Below are positions 1-7,525 of a stretch of 32,000 nt of DNA, in pieces. Every line of letters starts with the position of its first letter. Position 1 is the first letter of the stretch. A program made the position numbers and the translations under genes. A model generated the notes under the pieces. That model searched no databases. It saw only the letters and a program-made list of their open reading frames with translations, and was not told the DNA's origin. Source of the DNA: Candidatus Saccharimonadota bacterium (GTDB taxonomy: Archaea; Nanohalarchaeota; Nanosalinia; Nanosalinales; Nanosalinaceae). Location: contig NZ_CP180230.1 in assembly GCF_047555085.1 (NCBI RefSeq), positions 720,001 through 752,000 of the forward strand, read 5' to 3'.

Positions 1-55
1 AAAATTCTTTACAAGATTTAAAAAAGGCCTACTAAGAAAAACACAGGAAAAATTC

Positions 56-697
56 TCAAAGGCCTCTAACATCCGACTGAGAAAATCCTCCACGCGAAGC
101 ATTATACAAGGCCTTTATCGAGGCCTCCGGAAGAGGATAATCCCAGACACGGACATGAGCCAGTTTTCCTCTGCCATAGCTACCTCCATTTCTATTCTCA
201 CATATCTTATATGCATTGAACTGTCCAGAAGTCAAGTTAGAAGAAGTATCCAGAAGTTCACCATTCCTGTATGCCTTGGCACCATTGGGGCCGACTTTCC
301 AAACAATATTTACCCAGCCTGCTCCGTTAACATTATTCCATCTAAGTCTAGTATTGGATACTTCATTCAGAACAAGATTGCTTCCATTGTAATATAGCTG
401 AAGAGAATTAGATACAGTGTAGTCATCAGTTGTAGAAAAATATGAATTCTGTATATTATCTGTTTTCAGCCAGATAGAAACCGTATGACTCCCATTCCAG
501 TTAGGCGCAGAAGAATAAACGCGGCCATCCTGTCCATCAAACTCGTACGCAGATTCTCCCAGAGGCCCGGAAACGTCCTGCGTAACACCAACACTCAAAG
601 AACCATGATGCTCTCTCCCCGAATAATCCAAAGCATTTCCAGAGGCCTCCTGCAAAGGCCAGTATCCAACAGTCCGCGTAAATATTTTCGATCTCAT
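56..697 (-). CDS. LamG/concanavalin-A-like jelly-roll protein, single domain (module 1, member A1)
   Basis: 213-aa ORF with ATG at 697 and TGA at 56-58. Laminin_G_3-type pattern: 'VGYWPLQEASGNALDYSGREHHGS', 'AYEFDGQDGRV' and C-terminal 'GKLAHVRVWDYPLPEASIKALYN'. The first 17 and last ~30 residues nearly match A2 (19269..19931); the core is not alignable. No signal peptide is visible. Confidence 0.8.
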   Translation of the reverse strand: MRSKIFTRTVGYWPLQEASGNALDYSGREHHGSLSVGVTQDVSGPLGESAYEFDGQDGRVYSSAPNWNGSHTVSIWLKTDNIQNSYFSTTDDYTVSNSLQLYYNGSNLVLNEVSNTRLRWNNVNGAGWVNIVWKVGPNGAKAYRNGELLDTSSNLTSGQFNAYKICENRNGGSYGRGKLAHVRVWDYPLPEASIKALYNASRGGFSQSDVRGL

Positions 698-706
698 AAA
701 TTTGAT

Positions 707-1456
707 TCAGCTCCTCGAAAATCCCCAATTAGCATTTCTCCCAACATTATACAGCTTCCAGACCTGCTGCTGAGACAAGGCCTCAGAATAAATCCTTACT
801 TCATCGATCTCTGAGTTCCCTGATGTTACGCTGCCATTACTGTCATCATATCTGGCGCCTATTTGTGTATCCTTGGAATGTGATATAGATCCATAGGATG
901 CCGGCGAACCCGGATCATATGCAGTGGTTTCGGCCTCTGTACCATCCAGTAAAATCCTCATACTGTCTTTATCATTATCTCTCATAACCACTGCATGATG
1001 CCAGTTTCCATCAGCGACCACTTGAGTTGTCCTATATACAATCTCATCATTGCTTCCATCATCTATGGAAATTCTTAGATATCCTTGAATAATCCAGCTG
1101 TAAAAACCTGCAAAGCCTGCACTTTCATCCCTGTTATCAATAATAGGGACATTTCCGCTTGTATCGGAGGTCTTAAACCAAAAAGAGACACTGAATGATG
1201 AACTGCCGAATGTACTGGCAAAGCTATGTGGCACATTCACGTAATCATCGCTCCCATCAAAACTAAAGGCCTCAGAGCCTCCGACACCGGAAGCGCCTGT
1301 AGTAATTCCACCATTCAAAGATCCATCATTGCTCCCCCAGGAGTCACTGATAACACCTGAAGATACATCACTTGAATCCATACTCCAGCGACTAACAGCT
1401 GAAGAAGGCCTGACTTTGTCCGGATGTACAGTTGCCTCATTCAGATTTTTAGTCAT
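707..1456 (-). CDS. LamG-like domain protein (module 1, member B1)
   Basis: 249-aa ORF whose ATG overlaps the C1 stop (ATGA at 1453-1456). Hallmarks are 'SDSWGSNDGSLNGGITTG..SEAFSFDGSDDYVNV' and 'IDEVRIYSEALSQQQVWKLY'. Residues 1-73 and the last 33 match B2; the middle is divergent. Confidence 0.8.
   Translation of the reverse strand: MTKNLNEATVHPDKVRPSSAVSRWSMDSSDVSSGVISDSWGSNDGSLNGGITTGASGVGGSEAFSFDGSDDYVNVPHSFASTFGSSSFSVSFWFKTSDTSGNVPIIDNRDESAGFAGFYSWIIQGYLRISIDDGSNDEIVYRTTQVVADGNWHHAVVMRDNDKDSMRILLDGTEAETTAYDPGSPASYGSISHSKDTQIGARYDDSNGSVTSGNSEIDEVRIYSEALSQQQVWKLYNVGRNANWGFSRS
717..785 (-). repeat. 69-nt block identical to 19951..20019 (B C-terminus)
   Basis: Base-by-base comparison gives 69/69 identity, flanked by ~85-90% identity that runs through the B-A junction. 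Confidence 0.9.
1266..1342 (-). repeat. 77-nt block (1 mismatch) shared with 20476..20552 (B N-terminal region)
   Basis: 52 identical nt, one A/G difference, then 24 identical nt. Confidence 0.9.
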
Positions 1457-2823
1457 ACATCAAGGCCTCCCATCTCAACAATTTTTTGGATTTCACTCTG
1501 AGTTAGAGGCCTGTTGTATATACGGAAGTCTGATATCTTGCCGTCCAGGTGTTCGTAGTTGTAGCCTCCGAGAGAGATAAATTCCGGGGAAAGGGTTATT
1601 CCTGCGTCTGTTAAAGTATTCTTTTTCTGGCCGTTGTAGTAGAAGTCAACATCGTTTCCTGTGCCGTGATTTACAAGAGTCACAAGATTCCAGGAATTGT
1701 TCTCCCATTCAGAGACCGGCATCAATCCATCTCCCCACGGAGACTGGATCTTATCAGTCGCAGAATCATAGATATACACTCTATCCGAGTTATCAGGAGA
1801 ATCAAATAGATAATCCCCGTTAGTTCCATCTGCAGAAAGATTCTCCGTATTTGCCCAGAAAGAAATCGTATAAGTAGAAAGGCTTAGGGCGGAAGTATCT
1901 AACTGAACTTCTTCATTGTTAGCCGAATCAAAACTTCTGGCCTTCGCTCCTCCAAGGCCTACAGCCGTACTCGTACCTGTCACACTCGTAGAATCAAAAT
2001 TATTCCCGGATAGATCATAGGCCTTCCCTGCCGAGTCTTCATTGAGAGGCCAGTGCCCGACAAGGCCCGAAGTCAGTCTGTCCTGATCAGTAATATTTTG
2101 AGTAGACGTCCTCTGATACAGGGCCTCTACTTCTGCTGTGCTTAGCACTCTGTCATATATTCTGACGTCGTCTATCTGTCCGTTTAGACGGTCTGAAAGT
2201 GAGCCGTCATCTTTTACTCTTGCGCCGATGTATTTAGTATTAGAATTGGAGGTATCGTTTTCTCTTGTTCCTGTTGCATCCTGACTTGCGTCTACATAAC
2301 CTGTTAACTCTGTACCTCTTGCCACTAGGGCTATCTGATGCCAGTTTCCGTCGTTAACAGTTACAGAACCGTCCATAGTTCCCCAGTTGTAGTCCACAGT
2401 TCCATCAGAGTTAAATCCTATCTCAGCTCGCCTTGTGCCTGCTGTCCCACTCTGCCTGTCCGATATTATATATCCTGTAGATGTAGTTTTTACCCATAAA
2501 ACATAACTGTAATCATCCGATGCGGAAGCCCCCAGTCCCTGGAGAAAACCTCTGGAAGAAAAACTGACGTAGGAACTTCCATCAAAATCCTTTGCATCGC
2601 CTATTTTACCTGAGACGTATCCTGCTGAAGTATTATCTGTCCCGTTGTTGTCTAAGGCCTTGTCTTCGACCGTGCCGTCAAAAGGATAGTATGCAACGAG
2701 GCCGTCTGTCAAGCTCCCTAATTCGTAGCCCTGCTGGAGGCCTGCACTCAGACTGTCTTCTGTATCATCGGTTACGCCTGTCGAGTCTCTTCTTGTAAGT
2801 TCTTCAGAGTTCCAGCGTACCAT
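1453..2823 (-). CDS. Tandem two-LamG-domain protein (module 1, member C1)
   Basis: 456-aa ORF with two LamG_3 units, ending 'IDDVRIYDRVLSTAEVEALY' and 'ISDFRIYNRPLTQSEI'. The inter-domain linker is encoded by 134 nt identical to C2. It starts 36 nt downstream of tatC. Confidence 0.8.
   Translation of the reverse strand: MVRWNSEELTRRDSTGVTDDTEDSLSAGLQQGYELGSLTDGLVAYYPFDGTVEDKALDNNGTDNTSAGYVSGKIGDAKDFDGSSYVSFSSRGFLQGLGASASDDYSYVLWVKTTSTGYIISDRQSGTAGTRRAEIGFNSDGTVDYNWGTMDGSVTVNDGNWHQIALVARGTELTGYVDASQDATGTRENDTSNSNTKYIGARVKDDGSLSDRLNGQIDDVRIYDRVLSTAEVEALYQRTSTQNITDQDRLTSGLVGHWPLNEDSAGKAYDLSGNNFDSTSVTGTSTAVGLGGAKARSFDSANNEEVQLDTSALSLSTYTISFWANTENLSADGTNGDYLFDSPDNSDRVYIYDSATDKIQSPWGDGLMPVSEWENNSWNLVTLVNHGTGNDVDFYYNGQKKNTLTDAGITLSPEFISLGGYNYEHLDGKISDFRIYNRPLTQSEIQKIVEMGGLDV
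2042..2175 (-). repeat. 134-nt block identical to 21282..21415 (C inter-domain linker)
   Basis: Base-by-base comparison gives 134/134 identity. A further 30/30 block lies at 1931..1960 and 21171..21200. Confidence 0.9.
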
Positions 2824-2859
2824 TGTATAACTCTTTATTCTAATTGCTTGTTAAGTTTT

Positions 2860-3546
2860 CTACTTGTTTATCCTCTTCACGATATGTATACTGGCTTCGT
2901 ACAGGCCTAGCATAGGCAACGTGATCAAGGCCTGAGAGATTATATCAGGTGGTGTTGCGAAAGCAGCCAGCACCAAAACAGCTATGATAAAGTATCTGCG
3001 GTACTGCTTCATCATACCGGAATTTATAAGGCCTAGACGCGCCAGTAAAGCCGATATTATCGGCAGCTGGAAGAAGATCCCTGTGAAAGTGGAAAGTTTC
3101 AGTGCAAATCCTATAGTGCTTTGAAGGCCCCATACAGAGTTTACTGTGCTGGCTGATGAGAAGGCCTGGAAGAATGCAAGGCTTGTCTTGACTATGAACT
3201 GGTATGCGAAAGTCGCTCCTCCTATAAAAAGTATTATAGAGAAAGGTAGAAAGTTTCTGAGCGATGTGTACTCTCTTCTTGTAAGGCCTGGTTCTGCGAA
3301 CTTCAAGGCCTGGTAGACGATCACTGGAAGTGTCAGTACTATCCCTATGATTATTGAAATCATTAACTGGGTGTAGAAGACTTCGAAAGGTGTGAACGCG
3401 TTCAGACTGAATCCTAGATCAGTCTGGAAGAATGAAAGTATCATTCCGGATTTGTAGAAAACTCCTGCAGTGGCTAAAACTATGAATATAGAAGTGAAAA
3501 TCAGGCGTCTCCTGAGCTCTCTCAAATGGTGTTCAAAACTGTTCAT
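2860..3546 (-). CDS. tatC: Twin-arginine translocase subunit TatC
   Basis: 228 aa and polytopic. TatC motifs are 'HLRELRRRL', 'FAEPGLTRRE', 'FFQLP' and 'ATPPDIISQ...LYE'. It starts 16 nt downstream of tatA. Confidence 0.9.
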   Translation of the reverse strand: MNSFEHHLRELRRRLIFTSIFIVLATAGVFYKSGMILSFFQTDLGFSLNAFTPFEVFYTQLMISIIIGIVLTLPVIVYQALKFAEPGLTRREYTSLRNFLPFSIILFIGGATFAYQFIVKTSLAFFQAFSSASTVNSVWGLQSTIGFALKLSTFTGIFFQLPIISALLARLGLINSGMMKQYRRYFIIAVLVLAAFATPPDIISQALITLPMLGLYEASIHIVKRINK

Positions 3547-3562
3547 TGCTCAACAGGCCTTC

Positions 3563-3769
3563 TTACTCGCTAGAATCCTTAACGTCCTCTACCTCTGATT
3601 CTACATCCGGAGCAACGTCTTTGCCGACTTCCTCGGCTTCCTGCATAGACTTCTTGTACTCCTTCTTCGACTCACCCAGAGAACGGGCAAGCTGAGGTAG
3701 CTTCTTAGGACCTATAAGCAGAGCAAAAATCGCCGCTGCAATCAAGATAATCTCCCAGTTACCAAACAT
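3563..3769 (-). CDS. tatA: Twin-arginine translocase subunit TatA/E
   Basis: 68 aa. An N-terminal TM plus hinge 'WEIILIAAAIFALLIGPKKLPQLARSLG' is followed by an acidic tail. A TATA-like TATTTATT lies 22 nt upstream of the ATG. Confidence 0.85.
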   Translation of the reverse strand: MFGNWEIILIAAAIFALLIGPKKLPQLARSLGESKKEYKKSMQEAEEVGKDVAPDVESEVEDVKDSSE

Positions 3770-3791
3770 ACACCAGAATTACACTCGAATC

Positions 3792-3799
3792 AATAAATA
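3792..3799 (-). promoter_or_regulatory. TATA-box-like element upstream of tatA
   Basis: Minus-strand TATTTATT lies 22 nt before the ATG at 3769. It is preceded by T-runs (TTAATTTTTCTGTGTTTT) after the stop of gene D. Confidence 0.4.
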
Positions 3800-3828
3800 C
3801 CTTAGGCCTCAAAACACAGAAAAATTAA

Positions 3829-5187
3829 TCACAGGCCTCTACTGTTCACAGTGAACTTTCTCATGTCCCGGCCTCTAGTCCCCCAACGATACAGTTCGAA
3901 AATCTCTTCCGGGCTTAAAGCTCTGTTGTATACTCTCAAGTCATCGATGAGGCCTTGGAAGTACCCATAGGGATCTGGTGTCTGTTCATCTGTAGTCCCT
4001 CCTATATCTAATGGATAATCATTTGTCCATCCTGAAATATTGCCTGCACCTTCGTCCACTTTAACTCCGTCTACATAGGCTTTTACGCCGGCACCTTGCT
4101 CATATACTCCTGTGACATGATGCCAGTTACCATCACGAACTCCAGAGGCATACGCATAAGCATCGTTCGACCCATCCTGATAGGAAAAACGCAGATCTCT
4201 TTCACCATTGGTTATGATATCCCATACCTTATGCACCCCACCGGCAAGCTCTCCCTTCCCAACTAAAACATGAGAATAACCCGTAAGAGAAGATTTAAGC
4301 CAAAAAGAACACGTTAACGATTCTCCAGAACCGATATCAAACGCAACACTGTCCGAAACTTCTACTCTATCATCATTCCCGTCAAAATCAGCTGCCTGAC
4401 CTCTTATCGCATCATTACTCCACGAAAGACCTCCACTAGTTGTTCCGTTATTCGATCCCCAGGAATCATCCACGTTTCCATCAAAGGCCCAGCGAGAAAC
4501 AGCCGAAGAATCAGAATCATTCGGAGGCCTCGCATAATCTCCAGATCCCCATTCGTGTAGAGTCTTTATTTCATCGGATGAAAGTGTGCGGGAGTAGAAT
4601 CTTGCATCCGTCATGTTTACGTTGCTCCAGCTGTTGTATACCGCGGCGATCCAAAGAGGATCTGTGGACACGTTTGATGGAGATGGAACGGATGTAGTTG
4701 AGCCATCTAGCTCGCCGTCCAGATAAACTTTCCATTCTGATCCATCATATTGCAAGGCTACGTGATGCCATTTTCTGTCATCTACTACTGTATTACCTAT
4801 AACTTCTGTACTTCCACCACCCACACCGATGTAGAATTTATTCTGCTCTGGATGGCTGCTGTTAGAAAACTGTAAGCTAAACTGGCCTGCCTGATAAGTC
4901 TCATCTGCCGGGGACTGACCGAAAAACTTTTGCTCATCTCCAAAACTTCCTTTCCTTTTGATCCATGCTGTGAAAGTCCAAGGCGGAGAAGTAGTATCGA
5001 GATTGCTTCCGGAAACCTTTACAACATCATCGTTTCCGTCAAAACTGTAGCTTGTTAGGCCTCCTTTACCGGCTACACCTTGCGTAACACCGCCATTCAA
5101 AGATCCATGATTTCCGTTGCCAGAAAGATCATAGGCCTTTGATCCGGAATCTTCGTGTAGAGGCCACCAGCCAATTAATCCAGTCAT
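3829..5187 (-). CDS. Tandem two-LamG-domain protein (member D)
   Basis: 452 aa with two LamG_3 units. Unit starts are 'WWPLHEDSGSKAYDLSGNGNHGSLNGG..YSFDGNDDVV' and 'SRWAFDGNVDDSWGSNNGTTSGG..ADFDGNDDRV'; unit ends are 'TDARFYSRTLSSDEI' and 'IDDLRVYNRALSPEEI'. It ends in SRGL, as A1 ends in VRGL. Confidence 0.8.
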   Translation of the reverse strand: MTGLIGWWPLHEDSGSKAYDLSGNGNHGSLNGGVTQGVAGKGGLTSYSFDGNDDVVKVSGSNLDTTSPPWTFTAWIKRKGSFGDEQKFFGQSPADETYQAGQFSLQFSNSSHPEQNKFYIGVGGGSTEVIGNTVVDDRKWHHVALQYDGSEWKVYLDGELDGSTTSVPSPSNVSTDPLWIAAVYNSWSNVNMTDARFYSRTLSSDEIKTLHEWGSGDYARPPNDSDSSAVSRWAFDGNVDDSWGSNNGTTSGGLSWSNDAIRGQAADFDGNDDRVEVSDSVAFDIGSGESLTCSFWLKSSLTGYSHVLVGKGELAGGVHKVWDIITNGERDLRFSYQDGSNDAYAYASGVRDGNWHHVTGVYEQGAGVKAYVDGVKVDEGAGNISGWTNDYPLDIGGTTDEQTPDPYGYFQGLIDDLRVYNRALSPEEIFELYRWGTRGRDMRKFTVNSRGL

Positions 5188-5209
5188 ATTTTAGGCCTCT
5201 GAGAATTTT

Positions 5210-5932
5210 TTATACTGAGAGTTCGATGTTGTTGATTACTGCTGTTTTTTCTACGTTGGAGTTCTCGAGTTCGATATGCATCCAGTAGTCGTTGCCTGTT
5301 CCTCCTGAAAGATTTGTGAGGCTGTAGGAGCTTGTTCCGTCCTGTAGTGTTATTGTTTGTTCGCTGTCAGCAGTTCCGTTTCCTGTGGTGTCTTCGTATA
5401 CTGTAACTGTTGCTGTGGTGTCTGTTGGGACGTTGGCGTCGACTGTTGCTACTGCGCTTACGCCTTCAATCTCGACGTAGTCTATTACTGCTGTTTCTTC
5501 TATGTTGGAGTTTTCGAGTTCAAGTTCTATCCAGTAATTGTTTCCTGGCTCTCCTGTAAAGTCAGATAGCGAATAAGTGTTTGTTCCATCCTGTAGCTGT
5601 ACTGAACTGGTGTTATCGGCTACACCGTTTCCAGAAGTATCTTCGTATATAAATAATGTTGCTGCCTGTCCGTTCAGCGTTGTGGCTGCTGTAAGTTCTA
5701 CTCCTCCTGTTCCTGTTGATATGCTCGTACTTACAGCCAGGGTTCCATTATTTTCTGTCTGTACCCGTAACTGGTTGAGTTCAGCATTAGAAGGATCAAC
5801 AAGATTCAGTGCTCCTGTACCTGTTTCCGTCTGGACTCTAACTATAGGATTATCTACATCAGTAGGCTCGAATACCGGTACTTCTTCTGTACCTGTTTCT
5901 GTCCCAACTTTCACAGTCCCTATTTTAGCCAT
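5210..5932 (-). CDS. Acidic Thr/Gly-rich protein with two ~66-aa tandem repeats, function unknown
   Basis: 240-aa ORF. Residues 91-156 and 174-239 repeat the pattern 'VYEDT(S/T)GNG.AD...LQDGT..YSL...G..GN.YW..ELENSN.E.TAVI'. It starts 15 nt downstream of the Tat-signal gene. I recognise no family. Confidence 0.6.
   Translation of the reverse strand: MAKIGTVKVGTETGTEEVPVFEPTDVDNPIVRVQTETGTGALNLVDPSNAELNQLRVQTENNGTLAVSTSISTGTGGVELTAATTLNGQAATLFIYEDTSGNGVADNTSSVQLQDGTNTYSLSDFTGEPGNNYWIELELENSNIEETAVIDYVEIEGVSAVATVDANVPTDTTATVTVYEDTTGNGTADSEQTITLQDGTSSYSLTNLSGGTGNDYWMHIELENSNVEKTAVINNIELSV
5216..5662 (-). repeat. Two in-frame tandem coding repeats (~198 nt each, at 5216..5413 and 5465..5662) inside the 240-aa gene
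   Basis: Period is 83 codons. Nucleotide identity is roughly three quarters by eye, for example ATTACTGCTGTTT(T/C)TTCTA(C/T)GTTGGAGTT(C/T)TCGAGTT. Confidence 0.8.
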
Positions 5933-5947
5933 TGGTTAACACACTCC

Positions 5948-6232
5948 TTAGTCAAGGTCTGTCCTGTACCACATCTGGCCTACTTCAGGATTGCTTGGAT
6001 CTGCTGTTCTCTTGTCAAGGACAAAGTTCTTGATCTCACCTGCAACTTCTGTTCCAGGCATACCGGAAAGAAAATTATTTCCATTAACATCAATAGAATC
6101 TGATCCAATCCTGACACGTGAAGCTGCAGAAGGAATAAGGCTTAAAGCACCAATGCTCAGAGATCCGATTCCAAGCATCTTCATGAAACCTCTGCGGGAA
6201 ACACCTTCCTCTTGTTCTATTTCTTCAGACAT
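5948..6232 (-). CDS. Small secreted protein with twin-arginine (Tat) signal peptide
   Basis: 94 aa. Tat motif 'VSRRGFMKM' is followed by the h-region 'LGIGSLSIGALSLIPSAAS', leaving a mature part of only ~55 aa. A TATA-like box lies 24 nt upstream. Confidence 0.7.
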   Translation of the reverse strand: MSEEIEQEEGVSRRGFMKMLGIGSLSIGALSLIPSAASRVRIGSDSIDVNGNNFLSGMPGTEVAGEIKNFVLDKRTADPSNPEVGQMWYRTDLD

Positions 6233-6256
6233 TACATCGAGTAATTGTATTCAGTC

Positions 6257-6264
6257 ATTTTTAA
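6257..6264 (-). promoter_or_regulatory. TATA-box-like element upstream of the Tat-signal small-protein gene
   Basis: Minus-strand TTAAAAAT lies 24 nt before the ATG at 6232, which implies a leaderless or very short leader transcript. Confidence 0.45.
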
Positions 6265-6354
6265 CCTTTAACCCTGCAAGAGTGTCAGACAGTGAAATAA
6301 CAGAATACAGAGTTCTCAAGTTCTGGCAAAAATGTGAAGATGAGTAGAGAATTG

Positions 6355-6398
6355 GAAACAAAAATGTAAGAAACGGGGAAAAAGGAAATAGAGGCCTT
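6355..6398 (-). terminator. Oligo-T termination region after rps7
   Basis: The minus strand after the TAA reads AAGGCCTCTATTTCCTTTTTCCCCGTTTCTTACATTTTTG, with two T5 runs. Archaeal RNAP terminates at oligo-T. Confidence 0.35.
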
Positions 6399-7028
6399 TT
6401 ATCGTGCGCCGTCTGCCTCTCTTTCACGTCTTTCCTTCTCACGGACTGCCTTGACGGAGTTATCTCCTTCTGCAGCAGCCATAAGTTCATCTGCAAGAGT
6501 CTGTGAGGCCTCTTCAGATGATGTTAGTCTGTCCTGGTATTCTCCCTGGACAAGCAGTCTGAGTGCGAGATCTACTCTTCTCTGAGGTGCAACTAGAACT
6601 GCTTTACGTGCTCTTGCTCCTCCTCTTGAGTATGAGACTACTTCCTCGACTGGAGCCGAGTTCTCAATAGCGTCTACAAGAATCTGAATCGGATTTTCTC
6701 CGGTCTCTTCTTCGATTATTTCAAATGATTCTTCGATTAGCTTCCAGAGTCGCTCGCTTGAGCCTGTGTTCTGTCCGGAAGATACAAGATGTTTCCCTCC
6801 AGAATGTCCTGCAACGTACATCCTGTTGAGAAGTCTTTCTACAATCGGTACATCCGCCTTGTAGAACTGTTTCTCGCTGTGTCTTCCCTTTGAACGTGGT
6901 GCTGAGATGTTTTCAAGATTGAGATATCGGACAAGTCCATCGTCGCTTACTTCTACTTCCGATGCATCCCATCTTCCGAATGTAAGAATCTCGTCTTCCA
7001 GTTCCAGTGTTGCTGCGTCTGTTGTCAT
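6399..7028 (-). CDS. rps7: 30S ribosomal protein S7 (uS7)
   Basis: 209 aa with the archaeal uS7 pattern ('RSKGRHSEKQF', 'NPIQILVDAIENSAP.EEV', 'REKERREREADGAR' tail). GGTGAT lies 7 nt upstream of the ATG, and the gene directly follows rps12. Confidence 0.95.
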   Translation of the reverse strand: MTTDAATLELEDEILTFGRWDASEVEVSDDGLVRYLNLENISAPRSKGRHSEKQFYKADVPIVERLLNRMYVAGHSGGKHLVSSGQNTGSSERLWKLIEESFEIIEEETGENPIQILVDAIENSAPVEEVVSYSRGGARARKAVLVAPQRRVDLALRLLVQGEYQDRLTSSEEASQTLADELMAAAEGDNSVKAVREKERREREADGAR

Positions 7029-7036
7029 TTTTTAGA

Positions 7037-7459
7037 TCACCGTGTTGGCTTCTGCTTGTTTCCTGCGACGAGTTCTTCAAGTGAAACGCCATTTACTTTG
7101 ATTACCTTGTATCTGACTGTCGGGATGTCTCCTTTCGGTCCGGAGTCTGCTCCTCCGATTCCCTCGATCATCACTTCGTCGTGCTCGTCGATGTGGTCGA
7201 TCGCTCCGTCGCCCGGAACGAAAGCTGTCAACTGTTTACCGTTTTTGAGGAGCTGTACACGCACACATTTTCGCAGCGCTGAGTTAGGCTGCTTTGCCTC
7301 GATTATACGTTTTTCTAGAACAATTCCTCTTCCCTGAGGGCTTCCCTCAAGAGGATCTGCCTGATCCTTCAAATTCAACATCCTTCGCTTGTAATATTTA
7401 TCGCTCCAGCGGTACTGCTGGCTGTTCTTCCTCATTTTACGTGCACTATACAGTCCCAT
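7037..7459 (-). CDS. rps12: 30S ribosomal protein S12 (uS12)
   Basis: 140 aa: '[20 protein letters not shown]', '[16 protein letters not shown]', '[27 protein letters not shown]'. TATAAAAA lies 24 nt upstream. Confidence 0.95.
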   Translation of the reverse strand: MGLYSARKMRKNSQQYRWSDKYYKRRMLNLKDQADPLEGSPQGRGIVLEKRIIEAKQPNSALRKCVRVQLLKNGKQLTAFVPGDGAIDHIDEHDEVMIEGIGGADSGPKGDIPTVRYKVIKVNGVSLEELVAGNKQKPTR

Positions 7460-7483
7460 ACAAGCAAGTAATTCAGGTTAAAC

Positions 7484-7491
7484 TTTTTATA
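7484..7491 (-). promoter_or_regulatory. TATA-box-like element upstream of rps12
   Basis: Minus-strand TATAAAAA lies 24 nt before the ATG at 7459. Confidence 0.45.
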
Positions 7492-7525
7492 CGGGTGGCC
7501 TATAAGATGGAGAAAATACGCGGAT

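Noticed and set aside
6251-6496. An 81-aa minus-strand ORF spanning the rps7 3' end and the downstream spacer.
   Set aside because: It overlaps rps7 out of frame and runs through the T-rich terminator and the promoter of the next gene. It has no start context.
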